Notes: a model not told the origin generated them from the letters alone. A DNA stretch of 64,000 bases from Dehalococcoidia bacterium (GCA_034422455.1 DAOUJQ010000013.1:98110-162109); one strand, 5' to 3'. Positions 47,018 to 56,670 are shown, counted from the first letter of the stretch. Made by a program: numbers and translations.

Positions 47018-47728
47018 ATGGCCGAGTCCGGCGCCGTCATGCGGCGGCAGGTGGTCAAGTACAACTTCTACCAGGTGGACCCCGCGTGGCGCCGCCTGCC
47101 CGACGGCGCGCGCGACCGCCACCGCCACGAGTTCGCCGCCATGGTCGGCGAGTTCTCGGACCGCATCGAGGTGCGCACCTACTCCCTCGTCGGCCTCCGC
47201 GCGGACGCCGACTTCCTGCTGTGGCTGCTGGGGTGGACACTGGACGGCATGCAGGAGTTCGCCGCGGCGGTCAACGCGACGGGCCTCGGCAAGTACCTGC
47301 GCAACGCCTACTCCTACCTCTCCCTCAGCCGGCCGTCGCCGTACGTGGACAGCCACGTGCATGCCGGCCAGGAGGGCCGCGCGAAGGCGATCCGGCCGCA
47401 GAGCCCGGACCACCCGTACCTCGTCGTCTACCCCTTCGTGAAGACCGCGGACTGGTACCAGCAGCCGCTGGAGCGCCGCCAGGAGATGATGAACCAGCAC
47501 TTCGCCATCGGGCACAAGTACCCCGGCGTGCGCAACAACACCACCTACTCCTTCGGCATCGACGACCAGGAGCACATCGTCGCCTTCGACGTGTCCAACA
47601 TCGACGAGTTCCTGGACCTGCTGATGGAGCTGCGCGAGGCCGAGGCGCGGCCCTACACGGAGCGTGACACGCCCATCTTCACCTGCATCGCGCGTGACCT
47701 GGACGACGTCCTCAAGGGCCTGGGGTAG
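47018..47728 (+). CDS. chlorite dismutase-family protein (HemQ/ChdC-like)
   Basis: Length and pattern (YNFYQVDPAWRRL, YSLVGLRADADFLLW, YLVVYPFVKT..WY, FGIDDQEHIVAFD) fit the Cld/HemQ family. Confidence 0.8.
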   Translation: MAESGAVMRRQVVKYNFYQVDPAWRRLPDGARDRHRHEFAAMVGEFSDRIEVRTYSLVGLRADADFLLWLLGWTLDGMQEFAAAVNATGLGKYLRNAYSYLSLSRPSPYVDSHVHAGQEGRAKAIRPQSPDHPYLVVYPFVKTADWYQQPLERRQEMMNQHFAIGHKYPGVRNNTTYSFGIDDQEHIVAFDVSNIDEFLDLLMELREAEARPYTERDTPIFTCIARDLDDVLKGLG

Positions 47729-47731
47729 CCC

Positions 47732-47938
47732 ATGCCCCCCATCTTGAAGCACGCCCCGCGCTTCCTGCTTTCCTTCGGCGGCGCCCTCTTCGGCATCAGC
47801 GTGCTTATCCTCATCATCGCCGAGGGCCGGCCGGGCATCCTCTACGTCATGGGCGGCATCGGCCTGCTTCTTGTGGCCTTCGGGCTCACCCTCTACTTCT
47901 TCACGGAGGGAGTCGGCGGCCGCCGCACCGGGTACTAG
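47732..47938 (+). CDS. hypothetical small membrane protein
   Basis: 68 aa with two hydrophobic helices. The ATG lies 4 nt after the preceding stop. Confidence 0.4.
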   Translation: MPPILKHAPRFLLSFGGALFGISVLILIIAEGRPGILYVMGGIGLLLVAFGLTLYFFTEGVGGRRTGY

Positions 47939-47939
47939 C

Positions 47940-48605
47940 CATCCCCGAATCGTCATTCCCGCGAAAGCGGGAATCCAGAGGTGTGGTGCTGAGAGGGCCG
48001 TTCGTCCTGAGGGAAATCGAAGGACGAACCGGGGGGCGCCCCATCCCCACCCCCTCATACCGGCGCATGCCGGTATCCAGAAACCCCGCGCCCAACGGCC
48101 CCTTCCGATTGCCCTGAGCTTGTCGAAGGGTCCTGCGCAGGCAGAGCCTGTCCCCGCGTAGGCGGGGAAACCCAGAGGGGCGGGGAAGGGAGGGGGAACC
48201 CCCACCGCGCGACAGGCAGAAGAACCATCACCCCCTGCCACTACCCCCTCGCGCGAACGCCATCCCGCCCGCTACCCTCGCCCCATGCACCGCCACCAAA
48301 ACAGCACAACCGCCCTGCTTATCGCCCCGCGAAGGGCCGGGAATTGTTCCCCCCTGATGAAAAAATTTTTGTCTTGTATCTACAACGTGCCAACTCAGCT
48401 TCAACACGAAAAACAAAACAATTCCCTGCAGCTACGCCGGACGCGGAAAAACTCTGCCCCGCACACCCGCCTACCCCAACCCCTCATACCGGCGAATGGT
48501 CACTCCGTACCCCGATACGGGGTTGGGATGGGGGTCGTAGGGGCGACCCTTGTGGTCGCCCTCCCGTTCGCCCTGAGCCTGTCGAAGGGTCAGCCGAACG
48601 GCGGC
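47940..48605 (+). repeat. repeat hub V (R2 variants, R1 variants, R3 x2, CE copy B)
   Basis: GTCATTCCCGCGAAAGCGGGAATCCAGAGG (47951), R3 at 48052 and 48481, R1 variant at 48092, long R2 at 48130, R1 at 48563 abutting the modC stop. Confidence 0.9.
48229..48445 (+). repeat. composite element copy B
   Basis: CACCCCCTGCCAC..CGCTACCCTCGCCCCATGCACCGCCACCA, then GGGAATTGTT(48329-48338)..TTGTATCTACAACGTGCCAAC..AACAATTCCC(48417-48426)TGCAGCTAC. Confidence 0.8.
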
Positions 48606-49697
48606 CTACCCCAGCACCACCACGCTGCTGGCCTTCAGCACCAGGCTCACCTCCACGCCGGGCCGCAGCTCCAACGAGGACGCCGCCTCTGGCGTCAGCG
48701 CAGCCAGCACCGTCGCTCCCGCGTCCGCCGACACCAGCACGCTGTCGCCTACCCGGTCGACCGCCGTCACCGTTGCCCGCAGCACGTTGCGCGCGCTCAG
48801 GCCGTGCGGCGGCTCCGCGGCAACCATCACGTCCGACGCCGGCACCACCACGGCGATCTCCTCGCGCACCTGCCGGTCCACAGCCGGCAGCCAGAGCGTG
48901 AAGCCGGAGAAGCTCGCCTCCGTCAGCCCGCTCTCCGGGTGCTGCGCCACCACACGGCCCTCCAGCAGCGTCTCCATGTGCGCCGGCTCCAGCAGCGGCA
49001 GCACCGCCTCCTGGTGCAGCACCCTGCCCGGCGCGTCCATCGCGACCTGCTCGCCGTTCGAGAGCACCAGCGCCTGCTCCGCGATCGCCGCCACCTCCGA
49101 CAGCGCGTGCGATACGTAGACCATCGGGATGCCGGTCTCCCTGTGTACGGCCCGCAGCCGCCGCAGGATCCGCCCCCGCGCCGGCATGTCGAGCGACGCA
49201 AGCGGCTCGTCCAGCAGCAGCACCTCCGGCGACGCCGCCAGCGCGCGGGCCAGCGCGACCCGCTGCCGCTCCCCGCCCGAGAGGGTGCCCGGCATGCGGT
49301 GCAGTAGGTGCTCCACGTCCAGCAGCTGGACGAGCTGGTTCGGCTGCAGGTACCGCCGGTGCTTTGGCGTGTGGTTCCAGCCGAACAGGATGTTCTCGCG
49401 GACGCGCAGGTGCGGAAAGAGGAGGCCCTCCTGGTGCACGTACCCCACCCGCCGCTTGTCCGGCGGCCGGTTCACCGGCAGGAACCGCCCCTCTGTCGAA
49501 AAGAGCGTGCGGTCCCAGAGCTGCACCGTGCCCGAGTCCGGCCGCGCCGTCCCCGCGATGCAGTTGAGCGTCGTGCTCTTCCCGCTCCCGGACGGCCCGA
49601 AGACTGCCGTGACGCCCGCGGTGAACGTGACGTCCAGGTCGAGCGCAAAGTCCGGGTAGGTCTTGCGGAAGTGGAGTTCCAGGAATGGCTCGCCCAT
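48606..49697 (-). CDS. modC: molybdate ABC transporter ATP-binding protein
   Basis: GPSGSGKST, LSGGERQRV, LLLDEPLASLD, C-terminal TOBE-like domain. ATG 49697 lies 2 nt after the modB stop. Confidence 0.9.
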   Translation of the reverse strand: MGEPFLELHFRKTYPDFALDLDVTFTAGVTAVFGPSGSGKSTTLNCIAGTARPDSGTVQLWDRTLFSTEGRFLPVNRPPDKRRVGYVHQEGLLFPHLRVRENILFGWNHTPKHRRYLQPNQLVQLLDVEHLLHRMPGTLSGGERQRVALARALAASPEVLLLDEPLASLDMPARGRILRRLRAVHRETGIPMVYVSHALSEVAAIAEQALVLSNGEQVAMDAPGRVLHQEAVLPLLEPAHMETLLEGRVVAQHPESGLTEASFSGFTLWLPAVDRQVREEIAVVVPASDVMVAAEPPHGLSARNVLRATVTAVDRVGDSVLVSADAGATVLAALTPEAASSLELRPGVEVSLVLKASSVVVLG

Positions 49698-49699
49698 GG

Positions 49700-50401
49700 C
49701 TACACCGCCGCCCGCTTCAGCAGCCACCGGTGCGCCAGCAGCGCCGCCAGCGCCAGCACGAGCGAGAATACGATGAAGCGCACAGCCGCGTCGTCATTGC
49801 CCGTCTGCAGGTTCGTGTAGATGGCCAGCGGCAGCGTCTGCGTGTGGCCCGGGATGTTGCCCGCCACGATGATCGTCGCGCCGAACTCGCCCAGCCCCCG
49901 CGCGAACGCCAGCAGCGAGCCCGCCGCGATGCCGCGGAATGCCAGCGGCACGGTCACGCCCGTGAACACCTTCCACCGGTTCGCCCCCAGCGTGCGCGCC
50001 GCCAGCTCCAGCCGTTCGTCGACGCCCGCCATCGCCACCTCCATCGACCGCACCATGAGCGGCAGCGCGACCAGACCGGCGGCCAGCGCGGCGGCGAACC
50101 ACGTGAACAGCAGCTCGACGTCCAGGCTCTCCTGCAGCCCCGCCAGCGGCCCGTTCCGCCCCAGAAGCAGGAGCAGCGCGTAGCCCGTCACCACCGGTGG
50201 CAGCACCAGCGGGAACGACACCAGCGCGTCCAGCAGCACCTTCCCGCGAATCGAGGTCTTCGCCAATACCCACGCGACGAACAGTCCAATCGGCAGCCCG
50301 ATGAGCGTGCCAACGAAGGCGACGCGCAGCGACAGGAAGAGTACAGAAAGCTCCTCGGACGTTGGCAATACGAGACCCTTTCTCGTGGCGGAATGCGTCA
50401 A
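49700..50401 (-). CDS. modB: molybdate ABC transporter permease
   Basis: CysTW/ModB-type permease (FPLVLPPVVTGY, EAA loop MAGVDERLELAARTLGANRWKVF). TTG start at 50401; the start is uncertain. Confidence 0.85.
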   Translation of the reverse strand: MTHSATRKGLVLPTSEELSVLFLSLRVAFVGTLIGLPIGLFVAWVLAKTSIRGKVLLDALVSFPLVLPPVVTGYALLLLLGRNGPLAGLQESLDVELLFTWFAAALAAGLVALPLMVRSMEVAMAGVDERLELAARTLGANRWKVFTGVTVPLAFRGIAAGSLLAFARGLGEFGATIIVAGNIPGHTQTLPLAIYTNLQTGNDDAAVRFIVFSLVLALAALLAHRWLLKRAAV

Positions 50402-50454
50402 ATGGTAGCGGCTGCGGCCTGTGGTGCCAAGGCAAACCGTTCCCCCTGCCCTCC

Positions 50455-50581
50455 CATCCGTTCGCCCTGAGCCTGTCGAAGGGGGTTACACGAACGGATA
50501 GGGTGCCACTTGGAGCGGGCTGCGGCCTGCGCTCCCGTCCGTTCGCCCTGAGCCTGTCGAAGGGCGCCGCACGAACGGACC
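50455..50581 (+). repeat. two R1 repeats inside the modA-modB intergenic gap
   Basis: ATCCGTTCG..CGAACGGAT (50456-50499) and GTCCGTTCG..CGAACGGAC (50537-50580). GCTGCGGCCTG is repeated at 50411 and 50519. Confidence 0.9.
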
Positions 50582-50598
50582 ACCGCTTGGCGCGGCCC

Positions 50599-51375
50599 CT
50601 ACGGCGTCGTGAACCCGTGCGACCGGAACACGGCCAGCGCCTCCTCCGTGCTCAGGAAGGCCAGGAAGGCCGCCGCCCCGTCCGGGTTGTCCGCCTCCTC
50701 CAACGCCGCGACGGGGTACACGACCGGCGGATGGCTCCCCTCCGGGAAGGGCCACAGCACGCGAACGCCGGCGGCGCCGTCCGCGTCGGTGGCGTACACG
50801 ACGGCGGCGTCGGCCGCGCCGGAGGCCGCGTACTGCAGCGCCGTGCGCACGTCGGGCCCGTACAGCAGCTTGGACTGCAGATCCTCCCACAGTCCCAGCT
50901 CTTCCAACGCTCCCTGCGCATACTCCCCCGCCGGGGCCAGCGCGGGGTCGGCCATCGCCACGCGCGTCACGCGGTCGCCCAGCAGGTCCTCCGGCCCCCC
51001 GATCTCCACGCCGCCGCTTGGGCCGACCAGCACGAGCGCGTTCCCCAGCAGGTCGGTCCGGCTCTCCCCGACCACGTGCCGCGCTGACGCCAGGTGGTCC
51101 ATCGGCCCGTCGCCCGCTGCGAAGAAGACGTCGGCCGGCGCGCCCCGCACGATCTGCTGAGCCAGCGTCCGCGACCCGCCGAAGCTGAACCGCACCGCCG
51201 TGCCGTGCTCCTCCTCGAATCGCTCTCCGACGGACTCGAGCGCGTCCGACAGGCTCGCCGCCGCGAAGACCGTGAGCGTCGCGGGCGCATCGCCCCCGCC
51301 GCACGCCGACGCGGCGGCCGCCAGCGTCAGCGAGACGGCCAAGAGGGCGGCAAAAAGTGTCGACTTTGCTCGCAT
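50599..51375 (-). CDS. modA: molybdate ABC transporter substrate-binding lipoprotein
   Basis: Signal/lipobox LTLAAAASAC, then TLTVFAAASLSDAL..FSFGGS..ADVFFAA. Start trimmed to ATG 51375. Confidence 0.9.
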   Translation of the reverse strand: MRAKSTLFAALLAVSLTLAAAASACGGGDAPATLTVFAAASLSDALESVGERFEEEHGTAVRFSFGGSRTLAQQIVRGAPADVFFAAGDGPMDHLASARHVVGESRTDLLGNALVLVGPSGGVEIGGPEDLLGDRVTRVAMADPALAPAGEYAQGALEELGLWEDLQSKLLYGPDVRTALQYAASGAADAAVVYATDADGAAGVRVLWPFPEGSHPPVVYPVAALEEADNPDGAAAFLAFLSTEEALAVFRSHGFTTP

Positions 51376-51442
51376 CGGCGCACCTTGGTTGGAGTGCTCC
51401 AATGCTAGCACAGCGCGTTCGGTCATGGCCGGGGCGCACGTC

Positions 51443-51640
51443 CGCACCCTGACACCTGCGTATTGCCCGTGCGCGGCGACCGCCGGTAACCTCGCTTCAT
51501 GGGCATCGCAACAAGGAATCCGACCGGGCGTTCAGCAGAGGGATTCGTTTCCGCAACGTGCGTTTTCGTCTTGTAGCTGAAATGTGCCACGGTAGCTACG
51601 ATCACGAATGAGAAAACGAACTCCCGCAGCTACAGGGGGC
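51443..51640 (+). repeat. composite element copy C
   Basis: CGCACCCTGACAC..CCGGTAACCTCGCTTCATGGGCATCGCAACAA, then GGGATTCGTTT(51540-51550)..CTTGTAGCTGAAATGTGCCACGGTAGCTAC..AAACGAACTCCC GCAGCTACA. Confidence 0.75.
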
Positions 51641-51714
51641 CGGAGAAGACGGACCTAATCGATTCCGGGCCATGTCCCGGCGCCCCGGGGCCTCCATGCC
51701 GGGCAGCCTCCCTG

Positions 51715-51723
51715 TGGTATAGT
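51715..51723 (+). promoter_or_regulatory. possible extended -10 (TGgTATAGT) upstream of acnA
   Basis: TGGTATAGT lies 42 nt before ATG 51765. No convincing -35. Confidence 0.35.
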
Positions 51724-51764
51724 GCACGTGTCCCATGGTATTCCCGCAGAGGAGAACGCCCGCA

Positions 51765-54464
51765 ATGACCAGCCAGAGCTACCACGCCGGGGCCCGCGCA
51801 ACCCTGAGCACGCCCCAGGGCGACAGGGTCTACTACAGCCTGCCCTACCTGGAGCAGCAGGGCCTCACCAACCTGGACCGGCTCCCCTACACCATCCGCA
51901 TCCTGCTGGAGAACGCCCTCCGCAGCGTCGACGGCTACCTGGTCGAGGAGGAGGACGTCGCCGCCGTGGCGAGCTGGCGGCCCGACGCGCCGCCCGAGCG
52001 GACGTTCCCCTTCATGCTGGCCCGCGTCCTCATGCAGGACCTCACCGGCATCCCCGCCCTCGTCGACCTGGCCGCCATGCGCAACGCCATGGCCCGGCTG
52101 GGCGGCGACCCGCAGAAGATCAACCCGCTCATCCCCTGCGACCTGGTCATCGACCACTCCGTGCAGGTCGACTACTTCGGCTCCCCGCTGGCCCTGCAGC
52201 GCAACGTGGAGCGCGAGTTCGAGCGCAACCAGGAGCGGTACAGCTTCCTCAGGTGGGCGCAGAACGCCTTCAAGAACTTCCGGCTCGTGCCCCCCGGCGC
52301 GGGCATCGTCCACCAGGTCAACCTGGAGTACCTGGCCGACGTGGTCACGACGCGGGAGACCTCCGACGGCCTCACCATCTTCCCGGACACGGTCATCGGC
52401 ACGGACTCCCACACCACCATGATCAACGGCCTCGGCGTCCTCGGCTGGGGCGTCGGCGGCATCGAGGCGGAGGCCGTCCTGCTCGGCCAGCCCTACTACA
52501 TGCAGGTCCCGGAGGTCATCGGCGTCAAGCTCAGCGGCACCCTGCGCGAGGGCGTGACCACCACGGACATGGTGCTGACGCTCACGCAGATGCTGCGGGC
52601 GCGCGGCGTCGTCGAGAAGTTCGTCGAGTTCTTCGGCCCCGGCCTCTCCAACATCCCGCTCGCCGACCGCGCCACCGTCGCCAACATGTCGCCCGAGTAC
52701 GGCGCGACGTGCGGCTACTTCCCCATCGACGCCTACACCCTCGACTACCTCCGCGGCACCGGCCGCGACGAGGCGCAGGTGCAGCTCGTCGAGGCCTACG
52801 CCAAGGCGCAGGGCCTCTTCCGCACCGACGACTCGCCGGATCCGGAGTATACGGACGTCCTCTACCTGGACCTCGGCGACGTCGAGTCCAGCCTCTCCGG
52901 GCCACGCCGCCCCCACGATCGGGTGTCCCTCGGCGAGATGAAGAGCAGCTTCCGCGGGGCATTCCCCGTCCAGACCGCCGAGGCCAACGGCAACATCCCG
53001 CTGACCGGCGAGGCCGACATAGACGGCGAGACCCACAAGATCGGCCACGGCTCCGTCGTCATAGCCGCCATCACCAGCTGCACCAACACCTCCAACCCGT
53101 CCGTCATCATCGGCGCCGGGCTGCTGGCCAAGAAGGCCGTCGAGAAGGGCCTGTCGGCCAAGCCGTGGGTGAAGACGAGCCTTGCCCCCGGCTCCCAGGT
53201 CGTCACAGACTATCTTGCCGCCGCCGGACTGACGCCGTCGCTGGAGGCGCTGGGCTTCCACACCGTCGGCTACGGCTGCACCACCTGCATCGGGAACAGC
53301 GGGCCGGTCCCGCAGCCGATAGCGACCGCGACCGAGGACAACGACCTCGTCGCCGTCTCCGTGCTCAGTGGCAACCGGAACTTTGAGGGGCGCATCCACC
53401 CCTTGGTGAAGGCCAACTACCTTGCGTCTCCCGTGCTCGTGGTGGCCTACGCCCTCGCCGGCACGGTGGACCTCGACATGACGAGCGACCCCATCGGCGA
53501 GGGCGCCGACGGGCAGCCCGTCTACCTGCGCGACATCTGGCCCTCGCAGTCGGAGATCCAGGAGACCATCGCGCAGTCGCTCAACCCGGAGATGTTCCGC
53601 GAGCGCTACGCCGCCGTCTCCGAGGGCTCCGACGCCTGGAAGGCCGTGCCCGCGCCCACCGGCGACCTGTTCGAGTGGAACGAGGACTCCACGTACATCC
53701 GCGAGGCCCCCTACTTCTTGGGCCTGCAGATGGACGTGGAGGAGCCGCAGGACATCCGCGGCGCCCGCGTGCTGGCCGTGCTGGGCGACTCCATCACGAC
53801 CGACCACATCTCGCCCGCGGGCGCAATCCCCGCCGACCGGCCCGCGGGGAGGTACCTACTCGACAAGGGCGTGGAGCCGGTCGACTTCAACATCTACGGC
53901 TCCCGTCGCGGCAACCACGAGGTGATGGTGCGCGGCACCTTCGGCAACATCCGCCTCCGCAACCGCCTCACGCCGGAGATGGAGGGTGACTGGTCGATCT
54001 ACCTGCCCGATGAGAACGTCACCAGCATCTTCGAGGCGTCCCAGCAGTACATCGAGGCGGGCATCCCGACCGTCATCATCGCCGGCAAGGAGTACGGCTC
54101 CGGCAGCTCCCGCGACTGGGCGGCCAAGGGCCCCAACCTCCTCGGCGTGCAGGCCGTCGTGGCGGAGAGCTACGAGCGCATCCACCGCAACAACCTCGTC
54201 GGCATGGGCGTCATGCCCCTGCAGTTCAAGCCCGGCGAGAACGCCGACACCCTCGGCCTGACCGGCCGCGAGACCTTCGAGGTCGTCGGCATCTCCGAGG
54301 GGATCACGCCCGGCCAGACGGTGCAGGTGCACGCCGTCAAGGAGGACGGCGCCCGGCTGGCCTTCGACGCCACCCTCCGCATCGACAACAACGTGGAGAC
54401 CGACTACTACAAGCAGGGCGGCGTCCTGCACACCGTCCTGCGCAGGCTGCTGCGGGAGGGCTAA
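51765..54464 (+). CDS. acnA: aconitate hydratase A
   Basis: ~900 aa. YYSLP..LPYTIRILLEN, DSHTTM, cluster ligands ITSCTNTSNP and GCTTCIGNSG, GSSRDWAAKG. Confidence 0.95.
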   Translation: MTSQSYHAGARATLSTPQGDRVYYSLPYLEQQGLTNLDRLPYTIRILLENALRSVDGYLVEEEDVAAVASWRPDAPPERTFPFMLARVLMQDLTGIPALVDLAAMRNAMARLGGDPQKINPLIPCDLVIDHSVQVDYFGSPLALQRNVEREFERNQERYSFLRWAQNAFKNFRLVPPGAGIVHQVNLEYLADVVTTRETSDGLTIFPDTVIGTDSHTTMINGLGVLGWGVGGIEAEAVLLGQPYYMQVPEVIGVKLSGTLREGVTTTDMVLTLTQMLRARGVVEKFVEFFGPGLSNIPLADRATVANMSPEYGATCGYFPIDAYTLDYLRGTGRDEAQVQLVEAYAKAQGLFRTDDSPDPEYTDVLYLDLGDVESSLSGPRRPHDRVSLGEMKSSFRGAFPVQTAEANGNIPLTGEADIDGETHKIGHGSVVIAAITSCTNTSNPSVIIGAGLLAKKAVEKGLSAKPWVKTSLAPGSQVVTDYLAAAGLTPSLEALGFHTVGYGCTTCIGNSGPVPQPIATATEDNDLVAVSVLSGNRNFEGRIHPLVKANYLASPVLVVAYALAGTVDLDMTSDPIGEGADGQPVYLRDIWPSQSEIQETIAQSLNPEMFRERYAAVSEGSDAWKAVPAPTGDLFEWNEDSTYIREAPYFLGLQMDVEEPQDIRGARVLAVLGDSITTDHISPAGAIPADRPAGRYLLDKGVEPVDFNIYGSRRGNHEVMVRGTFGNIRLRNRLTPEMEGDWSIYLPDENVTSIFEASQQYIEAGIPTVIIAGKEYGSGSSRDWAAKGPNLLGVQAVVAESYERIHRNNLVGMGVMPLQFKPGENADTLGLTGRETFEVVGISEGITPGQTVQVHAVKEDGARLAFDATLRIDNNVETDYYKQGGVLHTVLRRLLREG

Positions 54465-54479
54465 CGCAAGCCTCCGCTC

Positions 54480-54650
54480 GCCAGCCCCGAGCCGTCGTTC
54501 CTGCGTAGGCAGAGCCTGCCCCTGCGAAGGCAGGGGAACCCAGAGGGGCGGGGTGCGGCGGGGGCTGTTCGTGCTGAGTTCCGTCCGAATACAAACACAC
54601 GTCCGTTCGCCCTGAGCCCGTCGAAGGGCGCCTTACGAATGGACTCGCAG
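54480..54650 (+). repeat. repeat cluster VII (long R2, R1-like, R1)
   Basis: GTCGTTCCTGCGTAGGCAGAGCCTGCCCCTGCGAAGGCAGGGGAACCCAGAGGGGCGGGG; GTCCGTTCGCCCTGAGCCCGTCGAAGGGCGCCTTACGAATGGAC. Confidence 0.9.
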
Positions 54651-54686
54651 GCAAAACAAGAAGCCCCGCCTTCAGCAGGCGGGGCT
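54650..54686 (-). terminator. intrinsic terminator downstream of the ferredoxin gene
   Basis: 9-bp stem AGCCCCGCC/GGCGGGGCT (54662-54670 / 54678-54686). The minus strand then reads CTTCTTGTTTTGCC. Confidence 0.65.
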
Positions 54687-54715
54687 CCTCACGCTCGATG
54701 TGACTGGGGGCGGCC

Positions 54716-55018
54716 TTACCCCTCGCCGATGTTCCGCGGCGCGGTCGCCGTGGCCTCCCGGAGGGCGTCCATGTCCTTGCCCTCGAAGTAGTCGTAGTTC
54801 AGCTGGATGAAGGACTCCTCGTCCGCCGGCACCTGGTCCTCGGCGAAGATGGCGTTGACCGGGCAGACCGGCTCGCACGCCGCGCAGTCGATGCACTCGT
54901 CCGGCGCGATGAACATCTGGTTGTCGTCGGCGGTCGTGTAGATGCAGTCCACCGGACACACGTCGATGCATGCGCCGTCCTTCACGCCCACACAGGGTGA
55001 GACAATAATGTAGGTCAT
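54716..55018 (-). CDS. ferredoxin (two Cys clusters; 7Fe/8Fe type)
   Basis: MTYIIVSPCVGVKDGACIDVCPVDCIY and CIDCAACEPVCPVNAI. Confidence 0.9.
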   Translation of the reverse strand: MTYIIVSPCVGVKDGACIDVCPVDCIYTTADDNQMFIAPDECIDCAACEPVCPVNAIFAEDQVPADEESFIQLNYDYFEGKDMDALREATATAPRNIGEG

Positions 55019-55121
55019 GGGTTGGGCATCCCCCTTTCGGTACTCTCGCGTTGTTCGCCAAGCAGCTATTCTCAGCTGTCCTGGCGCATAGCTAGTATAG
55101 CACAGCCGTGGCCTGCCGGAA

Positions 55122-55421
55122 CTAGCCGCCGATGTTCCTCTTCGCCGTCTTGGTCGTCTGCTTGAGGTAGGCCATGTCCTTGCCGTCGAAGTACCGCGCG
55201 TTGATCTCCAGGAACTCCTGCTGGTCGGCGGGAATGCGGTCCTCCAGGAAGATGGCGTTCACCGGGCAGGCCGGGACGCACGCGCCGCAGTCGATGCACT
55301 CGTCCGGCGCAATGAACATCTGGTTGTCGTCGTCCGTGGTGTAGATGCAGTCCACGGGGCAGACGTCGATGCAGCTTCCTTCCTTCAGCCCGATGCACGG
55401 CGTAACGATAACGTGAGTCAT
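55122..55421 (-). CDS. ferredoxin, tandem paralogue
   Basis: MTHVIVTPCIGLKEGSCIDVCPVDCIY and CIDCGACVPACPVNAI. Confidence 0.9.
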   Translation of the reverse strand: MTHVIVTPCIGLKEGSCIDVCPVDCIYTTDDDNQMFIAPDECIDCGACVPACPVNAIFLEDRIPADQQEFLEINARYFDGKDMAYLKQTTKTAKRNIGG

Positions 55422-55523
55422 ACCGGGAAGGCCTCCTCATTGTGGAAAGTGTCTGGTTGCCCTGGCTTGGCCGCCAAACAGCGGGATTGTACCACACCAG
55501 CCTTGCCTATGGCAGTAGCTGCC

Positions 55524-55964
55524 CTAGATGCTGATGCCGTAGTTGCGCTTCCTCACGGTCAGGCTGACGAAGGTCTCCGTTCGCCGGACGCCCGAGATGG
55601 TGCCCACCTCCGACTTGAGGAAGTTCCCCAGGTCCTCGGACGAGGGCAGCGTGACCCAGGAGAAGATGTCGAAGGAGCCGGTGGTGACGGACACCCACGA
55701 GCTCTCTTTGAGCGCCGATAGCTGCTTGGCCACCTCGTCGATCTTGTCCGGATCCACCTGGATGCCGACGAGCGCCTCGGTGTTGTACCCCAGCACTTCC
55801 GGGTCCGGCAGGGCGACCACCTTGATGATGCCGTCCTGCAGCAGCGATTGCAGGCGCCTGCGGACGGTGCCCTCGCTCACCCCAACGTCCCGTGCGATGC
55901 GCGCGTTGCTGGCCCGGCCGTTGTCCTGGAGAATCTGGATGATCTTGCGGTCCAGTTCATCCAT
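55524..55964 (-). CDS. Lrp/AsnC-family transcriptional regulator
   Basis: MDELDRKIIQILQDNGRASNARIARDVGVSEGTVRRRL HTH plus a C-terminal RAM-like domain. Confidence 0.85.
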   Translation of the reverse strand: MDELDRKIIQILQDNGRASNARIARDVGVSEGTVRRRLQSLLQDGIIKVVALPDPEVLGYNTEALVGIQVDPDKIDEVAKQLSALKESSWVSVTTGSFDIFSWVTLPSSEDLGNFLKSEVGTISGVRRTETFVSLTVRKRNYGISI

Positions 55965-56166
55965 GCGGATATACCCCTAACGTAAAGTGGTACATCTATC
56001 GTAGGAAGCGTTACGAAATCTGTCAAATAGGGTATGTTACAGGAATGTTACGATTCATCGGCGGCGTCGTTCAGCCGCAAATGCCCTGTGTCGTGGGGCA
56101 GCGTGGCGCGGGTTGGGCCGGCGCCGCTCGGCAGCGGAGCGTGACGTTGCCGGGCTGTTTGCCGGC

Positions 56167-56670
56167 CTAGCTGCTCTCGGCCTGCTGCGAGTAATACTCG
56201 TCCGCCGTATCGGCCTGAGACGCGTACTTGGACGGGCATTTCACGATGACCTGGTCGGCGTGGAACACTCCGTCCGGCCCGTACTGCCCCTCTGCGATGA
56301 TCTCCGAGTGCACGTTGAAGAAGAGGTCGGGCACGACGCCGTCGTACTGCGTCGCCAGTGTGTGCAGGCCGCCCTCGTCCGCGAGGTGAAAGCTCGCGAG
56401 CGTTCCCTGCGGTTCCCGCGCAAAGCTGTCCTGCACCAGCTTGCCGGACACGCGGTTCTGCACGCCGTACGCCGCGGTGCCCTGCTCCCGCAGCTCGTCG
56501 ACGGTGAGGTAGTAGACCGTGGAGCTCTGGAAGGCCAGGTAAGCGAAGTAGAGCAGCGCGCCAAAAAAGAGCGCGCCGCCGATGATCAGCCGGCCGTGAC
56601 GCCGAAGGAAGGACCGGCTGTCCTCCAGGGGCTGGTCAAGCTGGTATGCGGGCTCTGCTGCGTTGTCCAT
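56167..56670 (-). CDS. ccmE: cytochrome c maturation heme chaperone CcmE, Cys (CxxxY) variant
   Basis: TM anchor, then OB-fold pattern YYLTVDEL..RVSGKLV..YDGVVPDLF..IIAEG, ending VIVKCPSKY where the canonical protein has HDENY. Start trimmed to ATG 56670. Confidence 0.7.
   Translation of the reverse strand: MDNAAEPAYQLDQPLEDSRSFLRRHGRLIIGGALFFGALLYFAYLAFQSSTVYYLTVDELREQGTAAYGVQNRVSGKLVQDSFAREPQGTLASFHLADEGGLHTLATQYDGVVPDLFFNVHSEIIAEGQYGPDGVFHADQVIVKCPSKYASQADTADEYYSQQAESS

Noticed and set aside
51376-51640. Molybdenum-cofactor riboswitch upstream of modA
   Set aside because: I could not recognise the conserved Moco-motif elements on the minus strand. Most of the region is accounted for by composite-element copy C. 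A covariance-model scan would be needed to settle it.
51630-53807. 725-aa minus-strand ORF
   Set aside because: Antisense to acnA, whose identity is unambiguous. Same low-complexity antisense composition.
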